From positions 29,426,822 through 29,490,821 of the forward strand of contig NC_057719.1 of the NCBI RefSeq assembly GCF_004010195.1: a stretch of 64,000 nucleotides of DNA, given 5' to 3'. Shown here in pieces: positions 1-12,951 of the stretch; the first letter of the stretch is position 1; each line of letters opens with the position of its first letter. The notes beneath the pieces are model-generated. The model did no database searches. It had not been told where the DNA came from and worked only from the letters and a program-made list of their open reading frames with translations. A program made the position numbers and the translations under genes. Source of the DNA: Chiloscyllium plagiosum (taxonomy: Eukaryota).

Positions 1-116
1 AGAGAAAAACCTATTTGACTATTGTGCCTGTCAGTGTTGCCTAATTAGTCACTTTCTTTTACTCCAGCTTATTTCTCATAGCTCTCTAAAACCCAGTTTT
101 AGAAAAGTTTAGTATC

Positions 117-335
117 CTAACTCATATATTCAATGTTCTGACCAATGAAGGCAAGCTTGCCAAATGCCGTCTTCATTGCCCTGTTTATCTGCAACTCCAC
201 TTTTGAGAAACTATATATCAGCACCCCTAGGTCTCTTTGTTCGACAACACTCCCCAGGGGCCTACCATTAACTGTAAATGTCCTGCCCTGGTTTGCCTTA
301 CGTATGACCTCACATTTATCTAAATTAAACTCCAT
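117..335 (-). mobile_element. CR1 LINE ORF2 (RT C-terminal) fragment
   Basis: MEFNLDKCEV...GSVVEQRDLGV...AFGKLAFIGQNIEY is typical CR1 ORF2. Confidence 0.8.
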
Positions 336-953
336 GGCCTACTCTTTACCAACTCGCCTGTCCTGCTGCTTTCAGAGGATTTGCATGCATGCACTCATAG
401 TGATTGGAACGAGGTCAGCCAGATGGACCTCATAGAATCCAAAGTTCCCTATTTGGGGCTGTTAATCTGGACCAGTCAGGGAGTCCTGGCTGACCAGAAT
501 CTCAGGAGTTCTGTTCACTCTAGGAGCCAGCTCTGAGCTGGCTGGATTAATGTCATGTACTATGCATGTGTGAAAAAAGAAAGGATGACTTGGTGATGGG
601 ATACTAGATTTTGTGGAATTATTTCAACACTGTCTGGGTGTCCTAGGTTCTGACATCCCAAGGTATGACAGGAAAAATAATTTCACTGCAGAAATGCAAA
701 ATATTCAAAACGATTACCTGCTAACTCTCCGGATAAGACTTTAAAATGGGGTAGAGTGTTTTGTGTCTCAAGTTTCAAGTTCAAATTTGTTATGTTTCAA
801 ATTTTAATCATGGTATGATTTTTAGTTTAACTATTTATTAATAGCTATATTTTAGGCAAGGCTTTAAAAATGAAAACCAAAAGAATGAAATGATTTAGCA
901 TAAAATATTCATTTGTTTTAGTATTCACTCAGTGAATATGACTTGTTTTGTAG

Positions 954-1060
954 ATCATAGCAAGCTACGAGTAAAGGACATTCTTGTTCTGCTACTTGAC
1001 CTGAATGTAAGCAGTTCCCACAAGGATGCGACAAAAAGTGTTATCCAGTACTTTGGTAAA
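954..1060 (+). CDS. DHRS7: DHRS7 internal coding exon (equivalent to human exon 3)
   Basis: ttttgtAG|ATCATAGC...TTTGGTAAA|GTacgt; 107 nt; reads HSKLRVKDILVLLLDLNVSSSHKDATKSVIQYFGK, matching recalled human DHRS7 KEKDILVLPLDLTDTGSHEAATKAVLQEFGR. Not in the ORF track. Confidence 0.9.
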
Positions 1061-2884
1061 GTACGTTTCCTCATGATTTTCCATTTATTATAAGACCATA
1101 AGACAGAAGTAGAAGTAGGCAATTTGGCCTATCAAGTTTGTTTTGTTATTTGTTGTGACGGATATGTTTCTCTATCCCACTTTCCCACCTTCTCCGTGTA
1201 ACCCTCAATCCCCCTAACAATCAAGAACCTATCTATCTCTGTCTTGAACAGACTCAGTGTCTTCACCTCCATAACCTTCACTGGCAAGTGAGTTCCATAG
1301 GCTCACTACCCTCTGACTGAAGAAATTCCTCCTCCGCTCAGTTCTAAAGGGTTGTCCCTTCATTCTGTGGCTATGCCCTCAGGTCCCAGTCTCCTCGACT
1401 AGTGAAAAACTCTTACCCACTTTCACTCAATCCAGACCTTTCTGTAGGTTTAATAAAAATCTCTTCCCTCTCCCTCTCTATTGTCTCTATGTCTCTCCCT
1501 GTCTGTTTCTTCTCTCACCCTGTCCACCCTTGACACCCCAAAAAAATCCTTTTTAAACTGAGTACAGATCGAGAATCCTCAGACAGTACTCATGATAAAC
1601 CCTTTATCCCCAGCATCATTCTTGGAAACAATTTCTGGATCTCCAAGGCCATCTTTCCATAGATACTGGGCCTAAAACTACTCTCAATATTCCAAATGCA
1701 TCTGACCAGAGACATAAACAGCTAAGCAGCATATTTCTGCTCTTGTATTCTGGCCCTCTTGAACTAAATGCTAATATTTCATTTGCTTTCCTAAATGTCA
1801 ACTGAATGCATGTTAATCATAAGAGAATTCTGTAGTGGGGCTTCAAGGCTCTTTGTGCTTCAGATTTCTGAAGCCTTTCCTTGTTTAGTAAATAATCTAT
1901 CTTCTTCCTACCAAAGTGCATAACCCCACACTTACCAATGTGATATTCTTTGTCCACTCTCCTAGTCTGCCCAAGTCTTTCTGCAGCCTCGCTACTCCCC
2001 CAGCACTACCTGTCTCTCCACCTATCTTGTCATCTGCAAACTTAGCAATAATACTCTTAGTTACTTTGTCCAGATTGTTAATTCATAAAGTGAATAGTTG
2101 TTGTCCCAACACAGATCCGTGTGAAACTCCACTACTCTTTGGCTGCTATCCACTTCATGCCAGAACCTTGTCCCTTACACCATGGGCTATTGTCTTACTT
2201 AGCAGCCTCCTGTGTGGCACCTTGTCAAAAGGTTTCCTGGAAATCCAAATAGACCACACTGACTGGTTCAACTCTCATCTAACTTACTCATTACCTCCAG
2301 CAGACATGACCTCCCCTTGCCAAATATGTCTCTGTTTTACCATGTACTTCCAAGTACTCCACAATCTCCTCCTGAATAATAGATTAACTTCTTATCAACA
2401 ATCTAGGTCAAGCCTATAGTATCCAACCTTTGACAAGTCTTCTGCCTGCCTCCCCTCTTAAACAGGGATGTTACATTAACCACTTTCCAGTCCTCTTGGA
2501 CCCTCCCTGACTCTTGTGATTCCTGAGAGATTCCACAAAGTCCTCTGCTATCTCTTTCAGAATTCTGCAATGATTTAGCAACCTTCTGACATTTTCAGCT
2601 TCCCCAACACTTTCTCCTTACTGATGGCCACTACACTCACTTATGCCTCTGACTTTTTTTAAGTTCTGGCATGCTTCTGTTTTCATCCACCATGAAGATT
2701 GATGGAAAGTACCAATTCAATTTCTCCACCATTTCTTTGTTCCCCATTACCACTTCTCCAGCCTTATTTTCTAGTGGTCCAATGTCCAGTCTTGCCTCTG
2801 TCTTAACATTTTTAGATATTTAAAACAACTCAAGCAATATTTTATATTACAAGCTAGCTTACTCTCTTATTTCATCTTTTTCTG

Positions 2885-3124
2885 GATTAGATTACTTACA
2901 GTGTGGAAACAGGCCTTCGGCCCAACAAGTCCACACCCACTCGCTGAAGCGCAAACCACCCAGACCCATTCCCCTACATTTACCCCTTCACCTAACACTA
3001 CGGGCAATTTAGCATGGCCAATTCACCTAACCTGTGCAAACTCCACACAGAGAGTCGCCTGAGGTGGGAATTGAACCCAGGTTTCTGGCACTGTGAGGCA
3101 GCAGTGCTAACCACCGTGGCACCC
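2885..3124 (-). mobile_element. HE1-like V-SINE, internally deleted
   Basis: tRNA-like head with B box GGTTCAATTCC and (TCTAA)n tail on minus. Confidence 0.85.
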
Positions 3125-4955
3125 TTCTTTCATCCTTCACGTATCTCCCCGTCCCCGCTTTTTTTCTCTGTTATCCTCTGCTGCTTTTTAAAGGTTTCTT
3201 AATCCTCAGGTTTTCCCACTAATCTTCACCACATTGTATGCCTTTTATTTTGCTTTCATGCAGTCCCTGACTTCCCTTGTGGTTGCCTTGATATATCCTA
3301 AATATGTTTTTTCTTTCTTGGGATGAATTTCTGCTGTATCTCCCAAATTGCCCCCAGAAACCCCTTCCATTGTTATTGCGTTATCTTGCCTGCTAGGCTT
3401 TCCTTCCAGTCAATTCTGGCCATCTCCTCCCTCAGGTCTTTGCAGTTATATTTTACTGAATTGTAATACCATTATATCTGATTCCAGTTCCTCCCTCTCA
3501 AATTGTAGTGTGAATTCTGTCATGGTCACTTCAACCATAGGGGTCCTTCACCTTAAACTCCCCAAACAGGTATGATTCATTACGCATCACCAATCCAGAG
3601 TTGCCTGTACTGTAGTGGTCTATACTACAAGCTGCTCGAAAACAACTGTCTTGTAGACCTTCCATAAATTCCTTTCCTTGAAATCAGTTGCCAACTTGAT
3701 TCATCCCCAGTCGACCTGCATATAGAAGTACCCCATAATCATTGTAATAGTGTCTTTCCTTGCTCCTGATTTATTTTCTGCCGCACATCCTTACGACTGC
3801 TAGGAGGTCTGTACACAGCTCCCCTCAAGGTCTTTTTTTTCTCTTTGTGGTTCCTCAACTCTACCCACACCACACAAATTCTGACTGTCACTATTAAATT
3901 GATAGCAAGAAGTGTTAGACTCAAAAATATTAGAGAAACAAAATATGAAATTGATAGCAAAAATGTTGTTTCTTACTAAAAAGGCATCCTTGCCCCCCTC
4001 TGCCCATCTGCCTGTCCTTTCAAATAGGACATATATCCTTGAATATTTAGTTCCTGGCCCTGATGCCCTTGCAGTCACATCTCTGTGATACCCATAACCT
4101 CAGACCTGCCAAATTTAGTGCATATTAAAATCTCATTTGCCTTGTTTCATTTACGTACTGCACCCACTTTACCTCTGAGCATCCCCTCTCTGCTTCCATT
4201 TTTCTCTCTCACACACACGCACAGATGTACACAGCATGTCCCATTGGAACAGTGTCCTGCTTCCTCGATATTTTGCCAGTGTCCCATGAATTCAAACTCT
4301 TTGAACCACATGTTTAGCTCTTTAATCTTGTTGACCTTGTGCCAAATTATTTGTGGCTCAGGTAGTAATCTGGAGATTGTCTTTTTGTTCTTTTTTTTAA
4401 ATTTAGCCCCTAGCTGCTCATATTCCCAGCAGAACTTCTTTTCTCTTCCTACCTATATCATGGCACCTACATGGACCATGACAACTGGGTCTTCCCTTCC
4501 CACTCGAAGTTCCTTTGCAGTCCAGATGAGATATCCTGAATCCAGGCACCATGCAGGCAACAGAGCTTTAGGAATTCTCAATCCTGGTCAGAGAGTGTCT
4601 ATTCCCCTGACTGTATTATCCGCAATTACAATTTCATTTCTCTTTGAATGGCATCCTGTACCATGGTGGCATGGTCAGTTTGCTCATCCTCTCTACAGTC
4701 CCCACTCTCATCCACACATGGAACAAGTGTCTCAAACTATTAGATATCCCTCTATCTCCTGCATTCCTTTACCAGTCTCACTAGTAAACATACCACTGAT
4801 CATGTACAAGATGGTTAATCTAAGGGGTGTGACTGTATCCTGATATAGTGCCCAAGTAACTCCTTTCCTCCCTGATGTGTTCAAAGATTGTGAGAAGATT
4901 TGTAGCTTGGGTGCTCGTTGTTATGGTTCTGTTCACCGAGCTGGGAATTTGTGTT

Positions 4956-4995
4956 GCAGACGTTTCGTCTCCTGTCTAGGTGACATCCTCAGTGC
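4956..4995 (-). ncRNA. Minimal type I hammerhead ribozyme motif
   Basis: Minus strand: GCA-CUGAGGA-U-GUCACCU-AGAC-AGGAGAC-GAAAC-GUC-UGC; core boxes present, stem I GCA/UGC, stem II with one mismatch, palindromic ACGU. Confidence 0.75.
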
Positions 4996-5233
4996 TTGGG
5001 AGCCTCCTGTGAAGCGCTTCTGTGATGTTTCTTCCGGCATTTATAGTGGTTTGAATCTGCTGCTTTGCAGGAACCGGAGTTGTTTGTATGTGGTGCTAAG
5101 GCGGTTGGCACAGGATTCCCATTTCCTGGCTTGTCTTAGCGTTCCTCGCCCGTGGGTGTTCAAAGTTTGTGAGAAGATTTGTAGCTCAGGTGCTCGTTGT
5201 TGTGGTTCTGTTGCTGAGCTGGGAATTTGTGTT

Positions 5234-5273
5234 GCAGATGTTTCGTCTCCTGTCTAGGTGACATCCTCAGTGC
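5234..5273 (-). ncRNA. Second hammerhead motif (GAAACAUC variant)
   Basis: Same as 4956-4995, but the cleavage triplet is AUC and ACGU has become ACAU. Confidence 0.6.
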
Positions 5274-5790
5274 TTGGCAGCCTCCTGTGAAGTGCTTCTG
5301 TGATGTTTCCTCCGGCATTTATAGTGGTTTGAATCTGCCGCTTGTTTGTGTCGCATTGTTTGAAATTCAAATGCTAGCTCATCAGCTCTGAGCCGGAATT
5401 CCTTGAGCAATCAACACCTCCTATAGATGTGATCACTATGAACCACAATGGGATCCTCCAGAACCCACATCATGCAGGTACAACACAGTGCTGGACCAGA
5501 ATCTTTGTTTTAATTACTTAGTTCTTAATTTAATTTTTACAAGTTTCATACTGGTCCTCTGGTTTGTAGCCTGTAAATATTTCCTCTATTTATCTTCAGT
5601 CTGAAAGTAATAGTCAAATTAATAGCTATCACCAACCAGTGAACTTGTGGTTTATCTGTGATGAAAATCTTTTGTGCTGGACTTAGATCCTGGGCTTCAG
5701 TTTAACCTGTTCAAAAAAAAACCTTGCAAATTATGAGCTAAAAAAGGAAGCAAAAATATAGCTCGTGGCGCTCGAGAACCATAAATAGAA

Positions 5791-6768
5791 TGGTGGTATA
5801 CTGCAAGGATCTGTTTTGGGGCCACTGCTGTTTGTCATTTTTATAAATCACCTGGATGAGGGCGTGGAAGGATGGGTTAGTAAATTTTCAGGTGACACTA
5901 AGGTTGGTAGAGTTGTAGATAGTGCCAAAGGATGTTATGGGTTACAGAGGGATAAGCTGCAGAGCTGGCCTGAGAGGTGGCAAATGGTGTTTAAAGCGGA
6001 TAAGTGTGAGGTGATTCATTCACTTTGGAAGGAGCAATAGGAATAAAGAGTACTGGGCTAAGGTAAGATTCTTGGTAGTGTAGATGAACAGAAAGATCAC
6101 GGTGTCCATGTGCATAGACCCATAAAAGTTGCCACCCAGGTTGATAAGGATGTTAAGAAGGCACACAGTGTGTTAGCTTTTATTGGTAGAGGGATTGAAT
6201 TTCGGAATCAGGAGGTCATGCTGCAGCTGTATAAAACTCTGATGCGGCTGCACTTGGATTATTGCATAAAGTTTTAGTCACTGCGTTACAGGAAGGATGT
6301 GGAAGCTTCGGAAACTGTTCAGAGAAGGTTTACTAGGATGTTGCCTGGTATGGAGGGAAAGTCTTATGAGGAAAGGCTGACGAACTTGAGGCTGTTTTTG
6401 TTAGAGAGAAGAAGGTTAAGAGGTGACTTAGTTGAGACATATAAGAAAATCAGAGGGTTAGATAGGGTGGGCAGTGAGATGCTTTTTCCTCAGATGGTGA
6501 TGGCTAGCACAAGGGGACACAGCTTTAAATTGAGGGGTGATAGATATAGGACAGATGATAGAGGTAGTTTCTTTACTCAGAGAATAGTAGAGGCATGAAA
6601 TGGCCTGCCTGCAACAATAACTCTCTAACTTTAAGGGCAGTTAAATGGTCATTGGATAAACGTATGGATGAAAATGGAATAGTGTAGGTTAGATGGCTTC
6701 AGGTTAGTTTCAGGTCGGCGCAATATCAAGGGCCGAAGGGCCTGTACTATGCTGTAATGTTCTATGTT
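5791..6768 (+). mobile_element. 5'-truncated CR1 (HER1-like) LINE
   Basis: GPLLFVIFIN...SKFSGDTK, QRRFTRMLPG...RGHSFKL; tail ...ctgtaatgttctatgtt. Confidence 0.88.
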
Positions 6769-6999
6769 AGAACTCAAGATAGACGAAGAGAAATCTTGAA
6801 CAGGGAATACTTGATTATGCATCCTCTCAGCTCCACAGTTGGGTTTAGACTGCTTCCCCTTGTTCCATCTGACCTACTCTACAGGGTAAAATACACCCAA
6901 CTACATACATAATGCCAGTACCCTTTAATATTTCTCTTAATATATCAGTTATTTACAAAACAAATTGTGGCGGTGAGGGGGGGGGGAGGTGGAAAGTGA

Positions 7000-9900
7000 T
7001 CCTTCCATAATATATATGACATGATCATTCTCTCAAGGGAATGGCTATTTCTCGAAGACCGTCTCCTCATCTCAGCCTTTTTTTATAGCATAATCTCCTG
7101 GGCTTCAGAAGCTCCTATCGTTCTGCAGTTTTGTCCCTCTCTGACTGTTGTCACCTCCCTGGATACATCCAACCTGGGGTCGGAGACACTTGACTTGGTC
7201 AACACAACCGATCCCATTTGGTCTGGCTTGGTATTCTGAGGGACACCTTCTTGTTCTTGCTCTCGCTCTCTCTTTTCCTACCGCTTCCACCCCCAAACAT
7301 AGTTGGTGAGGTGTGGCAACCAGCTGCTCTGCATATCTCCACCAGCCCAGTTCATCCCAAGTCTGTACTGTATATGTCAATGAACCTGTTTGAGCCAACC
7401 ACAGATGGGATCAGTTTTTCCCATCCAATTCCATGCCATTGCAATCTCTCCTCTTTGGAGTACCTTTGACCATGATGTTCCTGCCCTTCCAGCAGTCTGT
7501 CTGTCTTGATTTCACTCGACCACCTCTCTGATTTCTTCCAACCACAAACATGGTTCTAAGTTGGTGGCTGAACAGTAAGGACACTGGTGAGCACTGGGTC
7601 ATCATTGTGTGGTGTGTTCCTGTACATGCTGAGAAACTTGAGGGCTTTAAGGCCTGCTTCAAGATTTGAAAATATCTCTGCACCTGGCTGTTTGTCACAG
7701 GGTTATACAAAGCTGATCTCACATATCTGACTTCGTGATTTTCCAGGTAATCCTTGAATTCTTGCACCACAAACTGTGGACGATCGTCACTCATAACTTG
7801 TTCAGGGTTCCTGAATCTGGTAAACATTTCATCTAGGTTCATCTTTTATTGCTCCAACCGATAACTGACATCATTACTGCCACTTCTGGCTACTTGGAGT
7901 GGGCATCCATGACCATTATTAACATCCATCCCTCTACCGGTCCCATGATATTGACATGAATCAGCTACCATGATTATTGAGGCCATTCCCATGGGTAAAG
8001 GGGTGACAACAGCGATGCCTTCCTTACGAATGCTCAGAATTCACATCAACTTGCTTTCTTCTCAATCTGGGAGTCTATCTTTGGTCACCAAAAGTAGATT
8101 GTGGTTGTTTCTTTCTTTCACACCACACCGGGGTTCCCTTGGTGCACTTATTTCCTCTTAACTGGGGAGAGATAAGTTTTGCATTGATACCTTGCCTTCC
8201 TGGGAAAGGTATATAATTTTCTGGTTCCAGTTGGAAACATCCTTATTTCCCAGGAATGGTAACATTGACAAAACATTGCATTGCCGTGTTTCTCCGACTG
8301 TTGGTATTTGATTTAATATGATTTGGCTGACTAAGCCAGTGCCCATCTCTGAAATTGTGCTGTCGTTATTGACAGTAATCTTGTGTGCAGGCCAATAATG
8401 AAGGTTAGCAGCTTATGGTCTATCAGCAGCACTAAGTGCCTGCCAGACATGCAAACTTTTAACACTGAGCACAGTGCCCAATTCTTCTTTTTCCACTTGG
8501 TATACTTCTCCTCCACTTTCAATAGTGACTAGTGACCTCAATGTGAATGCAATGGGCCTTTTCCATGGCTACCCTTTTCCAGCAATCATTGCAGGGATTT
8601 AGCAGATCAGACACAAATTTGCCATCATAATTGATAAGTCTCAAGAATGATCTCTCTTGAGACAGTATCTGATTTAGGGCCTTTGTGATAACGCCCATAT
8701 CTGGGGCACCTCGTGTAATCCCTTGTCATCGATTTACTTAGCACAGGTACTCTCTGGGGATCTTCCTTTCTTTTTTAAAAAAAAATTCTCTTCTTTTTCA
8801 CTTGTAAGCCATGCTCTTAAAACCTTCTTGGTTTTTCGAATACTCCTATTTGGAGGATCCAGTAACCAAAATATTGTCCAGCTAACGGTGGACATTTGGC
8901 AAATCACACATAATTTGGTTCCATGTCTTTCTAGAATAGATCTAGCATGGACTTGATGCCAAAAGGAAGCCCCTTATAGTGGAATAGTTCCCTATCTGTC
9001 ACTATTGTCAGCAGCAGCTGGGAATCCTTTGTGACTCCCATCTGCAATTAGGTTTGCAGCAGAACCATTTTTAAGAATTCCCTTTCCCCAGCCAGTCCAC
9101 TGAACACGTCCTTAATGAGTAGAAGTGTGTATTGATCTACATAGAGCGCTGAGTTGACTGTGACCTTCAAGTCCACTACAATCCTCACTGCATCATCAGT
9201 TTTTAAAACTAAGAAGATTGGAGTGGTCCATTCACTGGTTACTGGTTCCAGTGCTCCCAGGTTCACTAGCTGTTCTACGTCTGTGTCCACTTTTTTGGCC
9301 AGTTGGTATGTGGTACCAATCGCAACTTCACACTCCCTGGACGAGCCTTCCGCTTCTACTGAATTTTAAATTCTTCTCCTTTCATTACCCCAGGATTCCC
9401 TTGCAGATGTCTTTTATGTATGTACAAAATCTCTTGCCAAATCGTTTTGAGTTTGCCAGTCAACCAACTACACCCCAATTTAACTTTAATTTCTGTAACC
9501 AAGAGCGTCCACATAATGCAGGGGAGTCACCTTTACTATGTACTAAGGCAATTTGGCACACTGGTCCCTTTAGCTGTGATTTTACCAGTACATAGCCTTT
9601 CAGTGGCACCACTTGTTTCCTCTGTGTCTGTAGTGTAATATTAGTGGGCTTCAATGGCATTGCCTTTAACTTTTTCTTTTTTTGTTAATTTGGGAATCAG
9701 AGACACCGCTGCAACAGTATCCACTTCCGTCTTTACTGTCTTCGCTTCCAAATTGGGAAGGTCTCAGAAGTGATTAGCTTCGCTCTGTACCAACAGGATA
9801 TTTAACCAAAACTCTGACTCTGGGCCTGGCTTTCTGTTTCTCCTTCAGTTGTAGCTGACTCCAGGTTCACTCCTTGGTTGGCAACATGTACCTTATGTCT

Positions 9901-10240
9901 TGTTTTCTGAACTGCCTCCTTTGAGACACCACTTCTCTTGCTTGAGTTGTACCTAACAATTTCGGGCAATGTGGCCCGCTTGCTTACACCTGTGGCACTG
10001 GAGTTCCCCAGTCCAACACATTGACTTCCATGGCCACTCTTGCAACATTCTACATTCAACAGTTGGTATTGCACTCTGCCGAGTTTTTGCTTCCCTGCAG
10101 CTAATCCCATTGTCTTAAAATCCAGGTCTCTCTGTGTTAGGAAAATTCAAATGGTCCCACATGGCTTCTTGGAGGAACCTTCTGAATTTCCAATGTTCAA
10201 CTAACTTTTTTAATGTTTGCTTTTCGGACTGGAGGCCTGA
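7000..10240 (-). mobile_element. Decayed canonical-order Ty3/Gypsy element (gag knuckle-PR-RT-RH-INT)
   Basis: Protease-like EVDTVAAVSL (~9700-9730), RT (SEWTTPI..VRIVVDLKVTVN, 9048-9290), RNase H (LIDHKLL..QRWAL, 8331-8522), integrase (SDDRPQF..SALYNPVTNSQVQR, 7411-7842). LTRs not confidently located. Confidence 0.75.
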
Positions 10241-10870
10241 ATTGGGTTTTAACACACAGGGTAAACCTTCCTGCTAAATTTAACCCAGCAACACAGAAAC
10301 GATTTATTGTGTGTAATAATCTATGAAAATTCGATAGGCCAAGAACTAGTTAAAGTAAAAATTAACAACTTTATCTCTTAAAGTATAACAGAGAATAATT
10401 AACTAACAACTATTTACAACTCCTTCCACTAAGCTATCGTTTACCTTTCCCGTCCACAATACTAATCCAATAAAACTCCCAATTACGATTTACAAAACAA
10501 AACTTCTTATCTCAAAACCAGGCAGCTTTTGGGTTCTTCTCTGTATTTCAGTCTTCTTTTCTTCTTCTTGGGGATTCTGCTTCACAGGTTACTGATCGAT
10601 AAAGGTACCTTTGGGAGAGCTATTTTTCGGGCAGTGTTCTTATGTGTTGGTGGCTTGGTAGTTCTCCTTTCAACTATTCAATGTTCTCCAGTCTTATACC
10701 CCCAAAACATCGGCATTAGCTTTTAAGATTGTCAATATACTAAATTCAAACTGGATTGGAGTTTGGTATTTTTCAGGGTATAACTGAAACTGAACGGCCT
10801 AATTCTTAATTGTTTTGTCATCTCCAGGCAACCAACTAATCGAGTTTTTCGACCAAATGTTACATTATAT

Positions 10871-11197
10871 ATTAGATTAGATTACTTACATGATTAGATT
10901 ACTTAGTGTGGAAACAGGCCCTTTGGCCCAACAAGTCCACATTGCCCCGCCAAAGCGCAACCCACCATACCCCTACATTTACCTCTTACCTAACACGACA
11001 GGCAATTTAGCATGGCCAATTCACCTAACCTGCACATCTTTGGACTGTGGGAGGAAACCGGAGCACCCGAAGGAAACCCACACAGACACGGGGAGAACGT
11101 GCAAACTCCACACAGTCAGTCGCCTGAGGCGGGAATTGAACCCGGGTCTCTGGTGCTGTGAGGCAGCAGTGCTAACCACTGTGCCACCATGCCGCCC
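10871..11197 (-). mobile_element. HE1-like V-SINE inserted in the 3' LTR of Gmr1 copy 1
   Basis: A box TGGCACAGTGG, B box GGTTCAATTCC, V-domain, TCTAA tail; absent from the sister LTR at ~20850. Confidence 0.9.
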
Positions 11198-12951
11198 ATT
11201 TTTTCAGAGCACTTTGTTCTGTCAGGTAGTTCTGTTGCTTGTAACTCTCTTAAAGGTATAGTACATCCACATCTTCATACCACCTCATCCCTTAAGGAAA
11301 ACGGAATCATCATAATGAAAAGATGGCTTTTTTTTCAATTTCTTTTTAAAACACATTACCCTAACATACAGATAACTTCAATATGAGTTCACCTTAACTT
11401 CTTCCCATAAACCTACACATACATACATATAAAACATTAAATAAATGCAAATCTCATCTAAACTTTATCAGTTCAATTCGCGATAACGCATCTGCAATTA
11501 CATTCTTACAACCCCCAATGTGTATTATTTTTAAAGTAAAAGTCTGTAACATAAGACTCCAATGAAATAGTCTCATATTCTTGTCTTTAAAGCCTTCTAA
11601 GAATGTAAGTAGATTGTGATCCGTGTACACAAACATCTCCGACACATTCTTCATGACATACACATTAAAATGTTGTAAGGCCAGTACCAAACTCAATGGT
11701 TCCTTTTCAATTGTGGACTATTTCCTCTGGTGGATGTTGATCTTCTTCGAAAAGTTACCAATTGGCAGTTCAATCCCAACCTCATCTTCCTGTCGGAGTA
11801 CAGTTCCAAATCCAATGTCATTAGCATCAATGGCTACTTTAAAAGATTTTGAAAGGTTTCGTGTAGCTAAAACTGGTTGGTGGTTAATATTGATTTCAAA
11901 TGGTCGAATGCCTCTTTTGCATGGTTCTATCCACTGAAACTTTGTGTTCTTCTTAAGTAAATTGGTTAATGGTGCTGAAGTTTGCAACAAACTTCTGATA
12001 GAATCCGCTGAAGTTTGCAACAAACTTCTGATAGAATCCGCTGAGTCCTAAGAATCAAAGCACCTCTTTCTTTGAGGTTGGTCATGGAAATTCCTCGATG
12101 GCCTTTGTCTTTGCATACCGTGGGGTCAACCTTCCATGACTGATGTTATGTCCCAAAAATGTCACCTCTGCTTTCACGAATTCAGTTTTGTTTAATTTTA
12201 TTACCAGTTTTGCTTCTCATAGTCATTCAAAGAATTCTGGCAACTTTACCATGTGATCTTTCCAGGACTTCGTAAGGATCACTACATTGTCCAAGTAGAC
12301 TGCACAGTTTGTTAACCCAGCCACAACTCTGTTCATGAGTCTTTGGAATGTGGCGGATGCATTCTTCATTCCAAAGGGCGTTACTTTAAACTGATATAGC
12401 CCATTTGGGGTTACAAACGCAGAAATTTCTTTCATCGTCTCAGTAACCACACATTAACCACGCTAGTAACCATGCATTAAGTCCAACTTGATGTAACTGG
12501 CTTGTTCGACTTTCTTGATACAGTACTCCAATCTATGGATTGGATATGAGTCTGATTTTGTAACGGCGTTGACCTTCCAATAATCCACACAGAATCTTTG
12601 AGTCCTGTCCGGTTTGGGAACTAAGATGATCAGTGAACTTCTTCAAGCATGGCCTCCATTTCCATGTGGACCTGTCTGGCTTTGAAAGGATTAAACAAGT
12701 AGAGGTGTTGTTTTATTGGAGCAGTATTCCCTACATCTACTTCATGTACAATAGCATTAGTCCTTCCCATCTGATTCTTACATATGTCTTTATATTGCAG
12801 TAACAAATCTTTCAACTGCGCTCTATGCTTCTGAGACCGATAGCTTACTAACCTATCCCACTCCTCAAGGACTTCTTCCTTTTTTAATATATCTTGAGGC
12901 ACACCAAATCCATATCATCTGGATTTCATTCCTCACTCTGCAGAGCAGTAA

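Larger units (their letters stand above)
4879..5343 (-). mobile_element. Penelope-like element fragment: two tandem ~190-bp pseudo-LTR units, each with a hammerhead core
   Basis: gttcaaag...gaatctgc occurs twice 278 nt apart; each unit has CTGAGGA...GAAAC on minus. Confidence 0.75.
1090..5500 (-). mobile_element. Near full-length decayed CR1 LINE (ORF1 esterase-like + ORF2), interrupted by a SINE and a PLE
   Basis: 3' tail near 1090; RT remnants (1616-1801); endonuclease WVELRN...AVYRPPSS (3739-3960); ORF1 SGNH-esterase-like remnants on minus at ~4450-4630 (VIADNTVRGID...CCLHGAWIQDIS...DPVVMVHVG). Ends approximate. Confidence 0.75.

Noticed and set aside
397..628. Possible short solo LTR ending ...ATTTCAACA
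   Set aside because: No clear TG start, TSD or second copy in the window.
4085..4843. 252-aa + strand ORF
   Set aside because: Antisense to the decayed CR1 ORF1/ORF2 junction; no recognisable protein motif.
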